From Patescibacteria group bacterium (lineage in GTDB: Bacteria > Patescibacteriota > Patescibacteriia > SG8-24): DNA of 64,000 nt. Below are positions 47,762-56,838 of the stretch, piece by piece. The stretch lies in the NCBI GenBank assembly GCA_041667185.1, contig JBAYFM010000006.1:6591-70590 (forward strand), written 5' to 3'. Positions within the stretch are counted from its first letter, which is position 1. Each line of letters opens with the position of its first letter. The notes below the pieces were generated by a model. The model did not search any database and was not told where the DNA came from. It saw only the letters and a program-made list of their open reading frames with translations. The position numbers were made by a program, and so were the translations under genes.

Positions 47762-48799
47762 ATGAAGACCGTCGAATCGGTAACTGAAGGGCATCCGGAT
47801 AAAGTCTGCGACCAGATCGCTGACGCTATTTTGGATGCGTACCTGACACGCGACCCCGCGAGTCGCGTGGCGGTGGAGGTTTTGGGCACCCACGGGGCGC
47901 TCATCATCGGCGGCGAGGTCACTTCGCGCGCGACCGTCGATCCGGGCCAGATCGCGTCCAAGGTCTACAAGGAGATCGGCTACGACGACGATCTCGAGGT
48001 TTTCGTGAACATTGATGAGCAGTCGCCGGACATCGCCAAGGGCGTGGACGGCGGCGGCGCCGGCGACCAGGGGATCATGTATGGCTACGCCACGGCCGAG
48101 ACCAAAGAATATCTGCCGCCGCCGGTGGTACTCGCACAACGCCTGGCTTGGGGGCTCACGGATCTCCGCAAGAACAATCCGGATTTTTCCTGGCTGCGTC
48201 CGGACGGCAAGACCCAGGTGACGATCGATCAGGGTCGGCCGGTGGCGATCGTCGTGTCCGCGCAGCACGCCGAAGAGATCGATGCCGCCGCGATGCGGCA
48301 GCTGCTGCTCAAGAACCTTATTGCGCCGCTCGTTGATGACGCGCGGCGCACGAGCGTTTACATCAACGCCACGGGTTCCTTCGTGCGCGGCGGTTTCGCC
48401 GCTGACACCGGACTCACCGGGCGCAAGATTATGGTCGACACTTACGGCGGCCTCATCCCGCACGGCGGGGGAGCGTTCTCCGGCAAGGATCCGACGAAGG
48501 TTGACCGGTCGGCCGCCTACATGGCGCGCTTCGCCGCGAAGAACGTCGTGGCGAACGGCGTCGCCAAGAGCTGCCTGATCTCGGTAGCCTACGTCATCGG
48601 CAAGGAAGAGCCGCTCATGCTGCGGGCCGTCTCCGGCGATGGACGCGATCTCAGCGGCTACGTCAACCAGCATTTTGATTTCCGGCCGCGCGCCATCATT
48701 GAACGGCTGAATCTGCGCCGGCCGATCTATCGCCCCACGGCCGCTTACGGGCACTTCGGCCGCGACGAATTCCCCTGGGAACACATCGTCCTCGACTGA
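47762..48799 (+). CDS. metK: S-adenosylmethionine synthetase (short form)
   Basis: GHPDKVCDQIADAILD and GGGAFSGKDPTKVDRSAAY; 345 aa, ~40 aa shorter than typical bacterial MetK. Confidence 0.88.
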   Translation: MKTVESVTEGHPDKVCDQIADAILDAYLTRDPASRVAVEVLGTHGALIIGGEVTSRATVDPGQIASKVYKEIGYDDDLEVFVNIDEQSPDIAKGVDGGGAGDQGIMYGYATAETKEYLPPPVVLAQRLAWGLTDLRKNNPDFSWLRPDGKTQVTIDQGRPVAIVVSAQHAEEIDAAAMRQLLLKNLIAPLVDDARRTSVYINATGSFVRGGFAADTGLTGRKIMVDTYGGLIPHGGGAFSGKDPTKVDRSAAYMARFAAKNVVANGVAKSCLISVAYVIGKEEPLMLRAVSGDGRDLSGYVNQHFDFRPRAIIERLNLRRPIYRPTAAYGHFGRDEFPWEHIVLD

Positions 48800-48950
48800 T
48801 CAGCGCCTCGAATATCAGAACGTCGCCTCCGCGGGCGGCGTTTTGAACTTGACCGGGAATTGCCGGCGGCCCATACTGTGGACTGCCGAAGCCTCCGGGC
48901 TCATTCGGCGATCGCACTTTTGATCATTTCAGGAAGACTAGGAGGTCAAC

Positions 48951-49613
48951 ATGAACTGGCTAACATTGGCCACCGCTGTCTGTTTCGTCTTATCGGTCGG
49001 TTACGCTCTCGGTCGGTTGGCGACTCGCGCCGCCAGCCGTCGCCAACTCGAACGGATCTTCGTCGATCATTATCGGACCTGGTGCCATCTGCTCGGACGT
49101 CTGCATCCGGAGCCGGTCCCGCTGGGTTGGAATTGCCGGGTGGTCCAGGCTTTGCGCAAAGAGGTCGGGGCCAGACTCGATATGACGCTGAAGATGATCC
49201 AGTTCGGCCGGCAGCATTTCCAGGTCGATCGCGAGATCTCGGAGCGGCTGGAGAGATCGTCGGCCAGGAATCTCGAGGCCGCGTCCGCCCTGCTCGACTA
49301 TGGCGAGGGACAGGTCTTGCCGCTGCTTGGCCGCGTCCGCGATTGCGCCTCGTTGCTGCATGGCGAGGTCGAGATGTTGATCAAACTTGCCTCCGGACGT
49401 TACGACCGGCTCGCCGCGCGCGGTTGCCAGGTCGAAGCGGAACGACAAAGGATCACTATGATCCGCAATGCCAGCGCCGCCAGCCGGCTTCAGATCGCCG
49501 GCGCTCCGGTCACCACCATGAAACTGCTGCGGGTCCAGCTAAGGGTCATCCATGATCTGCTGCTCACCGCCGACGTCCTTGAAACCATGCTCCCGCCCGC
49601 AGGAGGGAAGTGA
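48951..49613 (+). CDS. hypothetical membrane-anchored protein
   Basis: N-terminal TM then an Arg/Leu-rich helical region; 220 aa. Confidence 0.45.
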   Translation: MNWLTLATAVCFVLSVGYALGRLATRAASRRQLERIFVDHYRTWCHLLGRLHPEPVPLGWNCRVVQALRKEVGARLDMTLKMIQFGRQHFQVDREISERLERSSARNLEAASALLDYGEGQVLPLLGRVRDCASLLHGEVEMLIKLASGRYDRLAARGCQVEAERQRITMIRNASAASRLQIAGAPVTTMKLLRVQLRVIHDLLLTADVLETMLPPAGGK

Positions 49614-49639
49614 GGCTCAGAGGCTTTCCAGACGGCTCA

Positions 49640-49770
49640 TTCGTTGGGCTGTCTTTTTTTTGTGGATGTGGAGAGTGGGGTGGGAGTGCTGGAGTGCTGG
49701 AGTGCTGGAGTGCTGGAGTGCTGGAGTGCTCTCATACTCCGTCTCTCCCACACTTCCAAACTCCCACACC
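49640..49770. repeat. dispersed repeat element (copy R11) containing a (GGAGTGCT)5 octanucleotide microsatellite
   Basis: gtggagagtggggtgggagtgctggagtgctggagtgctggagtgctggagtgctctcatactccgtctctccc. Confidence 0.75.
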
Positions 49771-49799
49771 TTGACTTTATGGCCATTTTGAGCTAATCT
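49771..49799 (+). promoter_or_regulatory. candidate promoter TTGACT-N17-TAATCT for the 49877 gene
   Basis: Good hexamers with 17-bp spacing immediately 3' of the repeat element. Confidence 0.4.
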
Positions 49800-49876
49800 T
49801 GCTGGTCCGATTTGCGGGCTTCGTACCTTGAACATTCATCGAGCTCAGCTCCTCTCATCAGACTGGAGGTCCGATC

Positions 49877-50539
49877 ATGACCATCATCAGTGCCAGCGCG
49901 GTCGCTATCATCGCTTTTTTGAGCGGCATCCTGTTCCAGAATTCGCGCGCTTTTCGTCAGCGGCTCCGATGCACCAAGGCCAGATTGACGGAGTCCGGAG
50001 CGCAGATCGCCAAGACTCGCCTGCAGTTGGCGTCCGCTGGTCGCGCCCATAATCCGAACGGCCTGATCGCCTGGGCGAGGCAGCATGCCGCGCAACTGCT
50101 CGATCAGAACGAAGGGACCCGTCTCGCTGCTCTGGGGCTCGCCGACAAAGATCGGGACGGCCTGGGCCACGCCGAGGACATGGAACGCGAGGTCTGGCAC
50201 GGCATCTGCGCCGCGCGCAGCATCATGGAGTGCACGGAACGCTATCTGTCCAAGCAGATCTGTCTCGACAATCAGAAGATGAACGGATTTTTGGACGATA
50301 TCGAAGGGTTGCGCCGTCGGCTGGGCGCGCGTCTCGATCGATCGACGGCCGGTCCGAGTATCTACGAGGAGCAGATCCGCCTCGTCCGGCTGGGCGCGCG
50401 CATCGTCGCAGAGCGGGAGACTTTCAAGAGCGATCCGGCCGTCGGCTGGAACCGCATTCAGTCACTGCTCCGCGCCCTCGTTGATGTCGACCAGAGTCTG
50501 GAGTCGAAGCTCGGCGCTTTCAACCTGAACGACCGCTGA
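49877..50539 (+). CDS. hypothetical membrane-anchored protein
   Basis: 220 aa; N-terminal TM; helical region. Confidence 0.45.
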   Translation: MTIISASAVAIIAFLSGILFQNSRAFRQRLRCTKARLTESGAQIAKTRLQLASAGRAHNPNGLIAWARQHAAQLLDQNEGTRLAALGLADKDRDGLGHAEDMEREVWHGICAARSIMECTERYLSKQICLDNQKMNGFLDDIEGLRRRLGARLDRSTAGPSIYEEQIRLVRLGARIVAERETFKSDPAVGWNRIQSLLRALVDVDQSLESKLGAFNLNDR

Positions 50540-50563
50540 CGGAACAGCGGACTTGAGAGACGA

Positions 50564-50598
50564 ACGCTTGTTCGTCTCTTTTTTTTGTGCGCCTGATC
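50564..50598 (+). terminator. rho-independent terminator
   Basis: gagagacgaacgcttgttcgtctct plus T9. Confidence 0.65.
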
Positions 50599-50645
50599 CT
50601 GAAATGGTAAAATGCCCGCGTATTCATTTAATCTCGCTTCTATCT

Positions 50646-51332
50646 ATGGATGCCGCTAATCCCGCCAAGCAGCCGGTTGCCGTTCCTCCGGCCGCTCCGC
50701 CGACGCCGCCCGCACAGTCCAATAACAGACTCTTGATCATCATCATCGCCGTCGTGGTCGGCCTTTCGTTTCTGGGCTGGGTCGGTTCGAAGGTCGCCGG
50801 TTTCGTCGCTCGCAAGGCTCTCGAAGCCGGTACCGGCCTGAAGATCGATGACAAAGGCGGCGTCGTCAGTTTCAAGGGACAGGACGGAGCAGAGATGAAA
50901 TTTGACGCCAACGGGCAGGGCGGCACGTTCACTTATAAGACCGAGACCGGCGAGACCGGCGTCATCGAGACTCAGGTCGGCGGCACGGACAAACTCCTGG
51001 CGCTGCCCGAGTCGTTCCCGTCGGATATCCCGGTCATGTCCGGTTTGAAACTGATCAATAAGTACAGTCTGGGTTCGGGCGAGATGAATACTTTCACGCT
51101 GACCTGGACCGCCGCCGAGAGCCAGAAGAAGATCGCGGATTATTATAAGGAAGCCATGCCGCGGAACGGCTGGACCTTGACGACCGAATTCGCCACGCCT
51201 GATAGCCTGATGATTTCTTTCGAAAAGATGTTCGACGCCAAGACCGAGACCAAGCATTCGGCGACCTTCAGTTTCACGTCGAAAGAGGACGGCAGCCTCG
51301 AAGTTTCGCTGGTGGCTCAGATTTACAAATAG
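50646..51332 (+). CDS. hypothetical membrane-anchored protein (Pro/Ala-rich N-terminus, TM, beta-rich domain)
   Basis: Start trimmed to MDAANPAKQ; a TM helix LLIIIIAVVVGLSFLGWVG. Confidence 0.5.
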   Translation: MDAANPAKQPVAVPPAAPPTPPAQSNNRLLIIIIAVVVGLSFLGWVGSKVAGFVARKALEAGTGLKIDDKGGVVSFKGQDGAEMKFDANGQGGTFTYKTETGETGVIETQVGGTDKLLALPESFPSDIPVMSGLKLINKYSLGSGEMNTFTLTWTAAESQKKIADYYKEAMPRNGWTLTTEFATPDSLMISFEKMFDAKTETKHSATFSFTSKEDGSLEVSLVAQIYK

Positions 51333-51351
51333 CGGCGAAGGTCAGACCCGC

Positions 51352-51403
51352 TGAAAAAATAGAAATGCGCCGGTCGTTGGCCGGCGCATTTTTCTATTTG
51401 GAT
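51352..51403. terminator. bidirectional terminator
   Basis: aaatgcgccggtcgttggccggcgcattt flanked by A-runs and T-runs. Confidence 0.6.
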
Positions 51404-51407
51404 ATGA

Positions 51408-51845
51408 TCAGGCCGCGGACAAAGCGGCGTGGTGCAGCGTCAACGGGCGGAAGATCGGCTGTGGCTGGGACTCGGGCAGGGCGAGGCGCTGAATGGCCAG
51501 CCAGAGGTTGTCGATCACATATTCCTTGAACATCCGGCGGCGATGGCGTTTCGCCTGTTCGGATTTTTTCTCTTCATGGGGATGCCGGACATGTTCGATG
51601 GCCTCTCCCGCAAGCGGTCCGCGGTGGGGGAGCGTGCGCATCAGGGATGTCCGATAGGCGTCGATCTGATTGTGCCAGGCTCGCGAAAATATCTCCCGCA
51701 GATCCCGTATCGTTTCGGCCGGGGTAATTTCTTGTTCACCCGTTTCGTGGAATCCTTCAAAGACTTTAGCGGCCGGCTCACGACAGATGACGAGGATTTG
51801 CGTGAGGTAAAGCAGGGCGAGCGCGATTTTTTTTATTTTACGCAT
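51408..51845 (-). CDS. hypothetical secreted protein
   Basis: Signal peptide MRKIKKIALALLYLTQILVI. Confidence 0.45.
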   Translation of the reverse strand: MRKIKKIALALLYLTQILVICREPAAKVFEGFHETGEQEITPAETIRDLREIFSRAWHNQIDAYRTSLMRTLPHRGPLAGEAIEHVRHPHEEKKSEQAKRHRRRMFKEYVIDNLWLAIQRLALPESQPQPIFRPLTLHHAALSAA

Positions 51846-51964
51846 GTTTGGGTCCTCCCAACTCAAGTGTATGAAGACTGGGTCATGCTTGTCAAGTTTT
51901 TATCAACAGTTAGCGCTTTTTTGGGTATATTGGCCGCGGCAAAAATGTGTTATAATGATATTCT

Positions 51965-52702
51965 ATGACACCCAGGGCTTTGGAGATCGCGTCCGTGACC
52001 AAGAAATTCGGCGGCCGCGCCGCGATCAGCGGTCTGACGCTTCAGATCGACCCGGGCGAGATCTACGGACTCATCGGACCGAACGGATCCGGCAAGACGA
52101 CGACCATCAAGATGATCGCCGGTCTTTATCGTCCGACCAAAGGTTCGATCAGCATCGGTGGCATCGACGTCGCCAAGACTCCGACGCGCGCCAAACGCCG
52201 GATCGGTTACGTTCCCGATGATCCGGCGGGTTACGATCGGCTGACCGGACGCGAATTCCTGGAGTTCGTCGGCCAGCTTTACGGCATGGAACGCGGTGCT
52301 CGCGACCGGAAGATCGATGAGCTCCTGGAACGTTATGATTTGGGACGTCTCGCTGACGGCCTGTTCGGCCGGTATTCCCGGGGGACCAAGCAAAAGTTTT
52401 CCATTCTGGCGGCGCTGCTTCACGCGCCGTCGCTGCTGCTCGTCGACGAGCCGATGGTCGGTCTCGATCCGGCGAGCGCCGTCGCGACCGAGGAACTTTT
52501 CCGCGAGTTCGCCCGGGCTGGCGGCGCCATCCTGCTTTCGACCCACACTCTCGCTGTCGCCGAGATCCTCTGTGGCCGCTTCGGCCTGCTCCAGGAAGGG
52601 CGTCTGGCGGCGGAAGGGACGCTCGTTGATCTGCGCGCCCGGGCCGGACTCGGGTCCGGGACCCTGGAAGAGTGTTATCTGAAGCTCGCGGCCAAGTTAT
52701 GA
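51965..52702 (+). CDS. ABC transporter ATP-binding protein
   Basis: Walker A GPNGSGKTT, signature LSGGTKQK-like YSRGTKQKFS, Walker B LLLVDEP. Confidence 0.85.
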   Translation: MTPRALEIASVTKKFGGRAAISGLTLQIDPGEIYGLIGPNGSGKTTTIKMIAGLYRPTKGSISIGGIDVAKTPTRAKRRIGYVPDDPAGYDRLTGREFLEFVGQLYGMERGARDRKIDELLERYDLGRLADGLFGRYSRGTKQKFSILAALLHAPSLLLVDEPMVGLDPASAVATEELFREFARAGGAILLSTHTLAVAEILCGRFGLLQEGRLAAEGTLVDLRARAGLGSGTLEECYLKLAAKL

Positions 52703-54378
52703 TCTTCGAGCTCGCTGCTTTGCGCGCCGTCCGCCGGCGCGAGATCCGGAACAGTTTCCGGGAGTTGACCTGGGCTGATGCCGCGGTGGCGTTTCTCTTC
52801 CTGGTCCTGTGTATTTTCGCGGCTCTGGCCGCATATTTTATTTTCCGGCGCGCTTTTTCGTTCCTGCTCAGCGAGTTGCCGGCCGGACCGCTCCTCGTCC
52901 GTTACGTGTTGGAGACGGCTTTCGCTTTCATTTTCCTGTTCGGCGCCGTCAGTTTCGTGGCGGCGTCCTTTCCGCTGATTTTCCGCTACGGCGAAGTGCG
53001 GCTGCTCCTCAGTCTGCCGGTCGAGCCGGTGGCGGTCTACATTCATCGTTTTTTAGCGGCCGCGGCGCTTTCTTCCTGGCCCATCGTGATCATCGGCCTG
53101 CCGGCGCTTTTCGCCCTGGGCGCGGCGCTTCAGGCTTCGGCCGCTTATTACGGTTTTTGCCTGATCGTGGCGCTGTTATTCCTGCTGGCGATCTCTCTGG
53201 CCGGAGGCTTGCTGTCTTTCGCTGTCGGTTGGCTGGCTCGGCCGCTGTCCTCGGGCTGGATCAAGGCTTTGGAAACTTTCGGCGCTCTCTATCTTCTGGG
53301 TCTTCTCATCCGTTATGTCGCTTCCCGGCAGGTCGTCGGCCTGTTCGGGGCTGTGACCGCGCCGGAGATCGCCGCTTCCGGATCCCGGCTGGCGGAAATG
53401 TTCGCCTGGTTCCCCAGTCATCCTTTCGCCGAGCTCGTCATCGGCGCTTTGCCCGGGGCTGCCGGAAATCCGGCCAGGACGGCGTTGGCGATCGCACTGG
53501 CTCTCGCGGCCGCAGCCGTGATTCTGCTGGCGCTCGCCCGGTCGTTCTTTTTGCCGATCTGGCGCTTCACTGAAGAGGGCGGATTCCTGGCCCGGCCGGA
53601 GGACGCTTCGGGGCGGCGGCCGGCCATGTCTTTTCCCAGGCTTTTCCGTTGGCGCTACGGCTACCTGTTCGAAAAAGAGTATCTGCAATTCCGGCGCGAT
53701 TCCGGAGAAGTGTTCAGCGCTGTCTTTCTGGCCGCGCTACTGTTCTTTTTCCTCCTGGCCATCCGCGCGGTCGCTGGTATGGATATCATCGATCAGGCCG
53801 CGATCCTCACCGAGCAGATGTTGTTCCGGGTGTTCGTGTCGATCGGTTATTTTTCCCTGATCCTGGGAATGCGGTTCGCTTTCCCGTCCCTGTCGCTCGA
53901 AGGCCGCGGCGCCTGGGCTCTCTGGTCGAGCCCGGTCCATATCCACGAGTTCTTCTCTTGGAAATTATTTTTTTGGACGGCGGCCAGCGCGATCCCGTTG
54001 CTCGCGGCGGCCGCGGTCACGACCCTGACTTTCGGACTCGGCTGGGTGCTGGGAACGTTCCTGGTCTTCGCTGTTCTCTGTCTGAACGCGGCGATCACGG
54101 CGCTGACCCTCGGCCAGGGCTGCGCCTTTCCGGATTTCCGGAAACGCGACGCGGAGTCTTTATCGACCTCGCCGGCCGGGATCGCGGCCGTGGTCCTGGG
54201 GCTTCTTTATATATATGTAGCCGCCGGCTATGTCCGGGGATTCACGGCTGCTTACCTGAAGAACGGAATGATCGACGCAGTGTCGATCCTCGGGCTCGCC
54301 GTCATCTCGATCCTGGTCGTGGCCGTCTATGGAGTGCTCGCTCCGCGGCGCATGAAGCGGTTGGAGATCGACGTCTGA
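52699..54378 (+). CDS. polytopic membrane protein, probable ABC-2-type permease partner
   Basis: ~12 TM; the ATG overlaps the ATPase stop (ATGA), which indicates translational coupling. Confidence 0.55.
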   Translation: MIFELAALRAVRRREIRNSFRELTWADAAVAFLFLVLCIFAALAAYFIFRRAFSFLLSELPAGPLLVRYVLETAFAFIFLFGAVSFVAASFPLIFRYGEVRLLLSLPVEPVAVYIHRFLAAAALSSWPIVIIGLPALFALGAALQASAAYYGFCLIVALLFLLAISLAGGLLSFAVGWLARPLSSGWIKALETFGALYLLGLLIRYVASRQVVGLFGAVTAPEIAASGSRLAEMFAWFPSHPFAELVIGALPGAAGNPARTALAIALALAAAAVILLALARSFFLPIWRFTEEGGFLARPEDASGRRPAMSFPRLFRWRYGYLFEKEYLQFRRDSGEVFSAVFLAALLFFFLLAIRAVAGMDIIDQAAILTEQMLFRVFVSIGYFSLILGMRFAFPSLSLEGRGAWALWSSPVHIHEFFSWKLFFWTAASAIPLLAAAAVTTLTFGLGWVLGTFLVFAVLCLNAAITALTLGQGCAFPDFRKRDAESLSTSPAGIAAVVLGLLYIYVAAGYVRGFTAAYLKNGMIDAVSILGLAVISILVVAVYGVLAPRRMKRLEIDV

Positions 54379-54494
54379 CGGATCTCACGGCTTGTGGCGG
54401 CTGCGCAGTTATTGTTATGTGAGCCGCGGCAGACCAGTCCTCGTCGTTTCTTGAGTTGTAAAAAAGCTGGAAATTTAGTATCATTAAGGCAGAT

Positions 54495-55532
54495 ATGAGC
54501 ACCCAAAGATTCCAGAGCTACTTCTTTATAGCCGTTCTTGTTTTGAGCGGCCTTCTGACCTTACTGGTCTTCAGATCGTATTTGCCGTTGCTGGCTTTTG
54601 GCGGGGCTTTGGCCGTGGTTGCGCGGCCGCTTTACGCATATCTGCTCAAGCTCATCCGTTCGGAGATTGCCGCAGCTTTCCTGACCGTGATCGTGGTCGC
54701 CCTGACCGTCGTCCTGCCGCTGATCTATTTCTTGGCTGCTCTGTCCGGCGAGCTCATTTCTCTGTTCGGTCACGCGCGGGGGTTCTTTTCGGCTGACGCG
54801 GTCGTAGCTTATCTTGAACGCATCCTGCCGTCCGGACTCCACATTCAGATCCCCGAGATCATCAACCAGTCCCTGAGCGTGCTCAGGGCTGTGGTTGAAG
54901 GATTATCTTCCAATCTTTTCGAGTTCTTCTCCAACATCCTGGGCATGTTCTTGGCTTTCGTCATCATCCTGATCTTCGTCTATTACTTGCTCAAGGATGG
55001 CGCCCGGATCAAGGCAGAGTTTTTGGCGCTGTCGCCGCTCGGCGATGATTACGATGAAATGGTCCTGAGCCGCGTCATTATCGCTGTTCGCGCCGTCGTG
55101 AACGGCGTGCTGGTGATCGGGCTCATCAAAGGCGTCTTAGCCGGAGTTTTCTTCTGGATTTTTGGCGTGCCGGCGCCGTTCTTCTGGGGTACGATGACCG
55201 GGGCCGCATCTTTTCTGCCGATCTTCGGCTCGTCGCTCGTCACCGTGCCGACGATCGTCTATCTGGTCATTTCCGGCCATTATGGCGCGGCCATCGGCCT
55301 GACCCTGGTCTCGCTCCTCCTCATCGGCACGGTCGATAATTTCCTTCAGCCCAAACTGGTCGAAAGCAAGACTAATATCCATCCGCTGCTGATCCTATTG
55401 TCCATTCTCGGCGGCCTGCAGTTCTTCGGTTTTGCCGGTTTCATTTTGGGCCCGCTGACGCTCGCGACCACCATGGCCCTGCTCGATATTTACAAGAAAG
55501 ATTTCCGCGGTCATCTTACGGACCTGACGTAA
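54495..55532 (+). CDS. AI-2E family transporter (PerM/YdiK, UPF0118)
   Basis: 8 TM; conserved GVPAPFFWGTMTGAASFLPIFGS and LQPKLVESKTNIHPLLILLSILGG. Confidence 0.75.
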   Translation: MSTQRFQSYFFIAVLVLSGLLTLLVFRSYLPLLAFGGALAVVARPLYAYLLKLIRSEIAAAFLTVIVVALTVVLPLIYFLAALSGELISLFGHARGFFSADAVVAYLERILPSGLHIQIPEIINQSLSVLRAVVEGLSSNLFEFFSNILGMFLAFVIILIFVYYLLKDGARIKAEFLALSPLGDDYDEMVLSRVIIAVRAVVNGVLVIGLIKGVLAGVFFWIFGVPAPFFWGTMTGAASFLPIFGSSLVTVPTIVYLVISGHYGAAIGLTLVSLLLIGTVDNFLQPKLVESKTNIHPLLILLSILGGLQFFGFAGFILGPLTLATTMALLDIYKKDFRGHLTDLT

Positions 55533-55587
55533 TCGGTGCGATGATAATAAAACCGCCGAGCTGGGCTCGGCGGTTTTGATTTCGGAT

Positions 55588-56073
55588 TCAGTTGAGGAAT
55601 TTTTTGATATCCGCGAAATTCTTGCCGGCCAGATTGTGATTGGCCGACCACTCCTCCTGCGAGACGTCGCGGCCGAACCAAGGCGGCGGCACGAAGGCTG
55701 TCCGCGCCGAATCGTTATTGAATTCAATCTCCACGACGGTCAGACCCTCGAGCGGACCGTGAAAAACATCGATCTCGCCCATGAGGCCTTCCGGCAGGGG
55801 AAAGAAATAGCGGGTCTTGGCCAGGCTGCGGATGGACAGGCCGCGGAGGCGCGTGAATTCCTCTTCGGTCAGCGGAATGTTGATCTCATCCTTGCGCGAG
55901 AAATCATTTTTGGCCACGTCCAGTTTCTTGGTCAGTTCGTAACGCTGGCCGATGCGGCGGATGCGCAACGGTTCGCCGCCTTCGGACAAGTAGTGCTGTT
56001 CGATCTCGCTGCGGCCGAGTTCATTGAGGTTCGGCGTCTCTTTGACCAGGAAGGAAAGCTCGCTTTCTAGCAT
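55588..56073 (-). CDS. CYTH-domain protein (triphosphate tunnel metalloenzyme / class IV adenylyl cyclase-like)
   Basis: N-terminal ExExK-type motif (LESELSFLVKE); start trimmed to MLESELSF. Confidence 0.55.
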   Translation of the reverse strand: MLESELSFLVKETPNLNELGRSEIEQHYLSEGGEPLRIRRIGQRYELTKKLDVAKNDFSRKDEINIPLTEEEFTRLRGLSIRSLAKTRYFFPLPEGLMGEIDVFHGPLEGLTVVEIEFNNDSARTAFVPPPWFGRDVSQEEWSANHNLAGKNFADIKKFLN

Positions 56074-56083
56074 AGGGGGCGGA

Positions 56084-56794
56084 TTATTCGCCGGCGGCCG
56101 GCTGCGTCGCGGCGGTTTTATTTTCGGAGTCATCATTGGCGGCGGCGTTCACGACGGGCACATCGGCGGCCGAAGGTTTCTTGGCCAGCGAACCGAGCCG
56201 TTTCCAGAAATTACCAGCGAGGTTGCGGAGCGAGATCCAGGCCTGGGCCAGGAAGGGGCGGGATTTTTCCCAGGCCAGCCCCCAAAAACTGCCGACGGCG
56301 GAGCCTAGCTCTTCGGCCTGCTGGGTCTGAGCGGTGGTGGCGACTTGGTTGACGGCGGTGACGGCAGCAGTGGTCGCTGCAGCGGTTGCGGCAGTGGTAA
56401 CGGTGGCGTTAGTGCTGGCGGCAGCAGCGTCGTTGGCGGAGCCGGTCAATCCCGCCGGCTTTGCCGCCGAGTCCTCGGTTTCAACGGCCACAGCCAACGT
56501 TGGATCGGCTGGCGCTGCGTTCGTCGGCGTCGATGCGGGTGATCCATTTGCCTGGACAGCCGCCGGTGGTTTCGTTTTCGCGATCGCGAGTTTCCGTCCA
56601 GCCGACTGCATCGCCGAGACCGCCCGATCTTTGATCTGCACGATGGTCGGCAGCTGCTCCTCTCCGAGCGGCGCGGCGTAGGTCTCATTATTGAAAGGGG
56701 AGATGCGCGCTAGGATGATCGGCACCGCGATGAACGCGGCCAGGATCGCCGTGATGATCAGCTTCTTTTTTTGGTCCGGGTTGGGAGTCGGCAT
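56084..56794 (-). CDS. hypothetical membrane-anchored Ala/Thr-rich low-complexity protein
   Basis: TM helix then an A/T/P-rich tract; start trimmed to MPTPNPDQKKK. Confidence 0.4.
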   Translation of the reverse strand: MPTPNPDQKKKLIITAILAAFIAVPIILARISPFNNETYAAPLGEEQLPTIVQIKDRAVSAMQSAGRKLAIAKTKPPAAVQANGSPASTPTNAAPADPTLAVAVETEDSAAKPAGLTGSANDAAAASTNATVTTAATAAATTAAVTAVNQVATTAQTQQAEELGSAVGSFWGLAWEKSRPFLAQAWISLRNLAGNFWKRLGSLAKKPSAADVPVVNAAANDDSENKTAATQPAAGE

Positions 56795-56838
56795 GGCGGT
56801 GGGATTAATCTCGTTTAGGTCGGCCGGGCAATCGCGCA

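Noticed and set aside
48951-50539. Two adjacent 220-aa membrane-anchored hypothetical genes treated as a paralog pair.
   Set aside because: They have the same length and topology, but I could not find convincing sequence identity by eye. They are reported only as separate hypotheticals.
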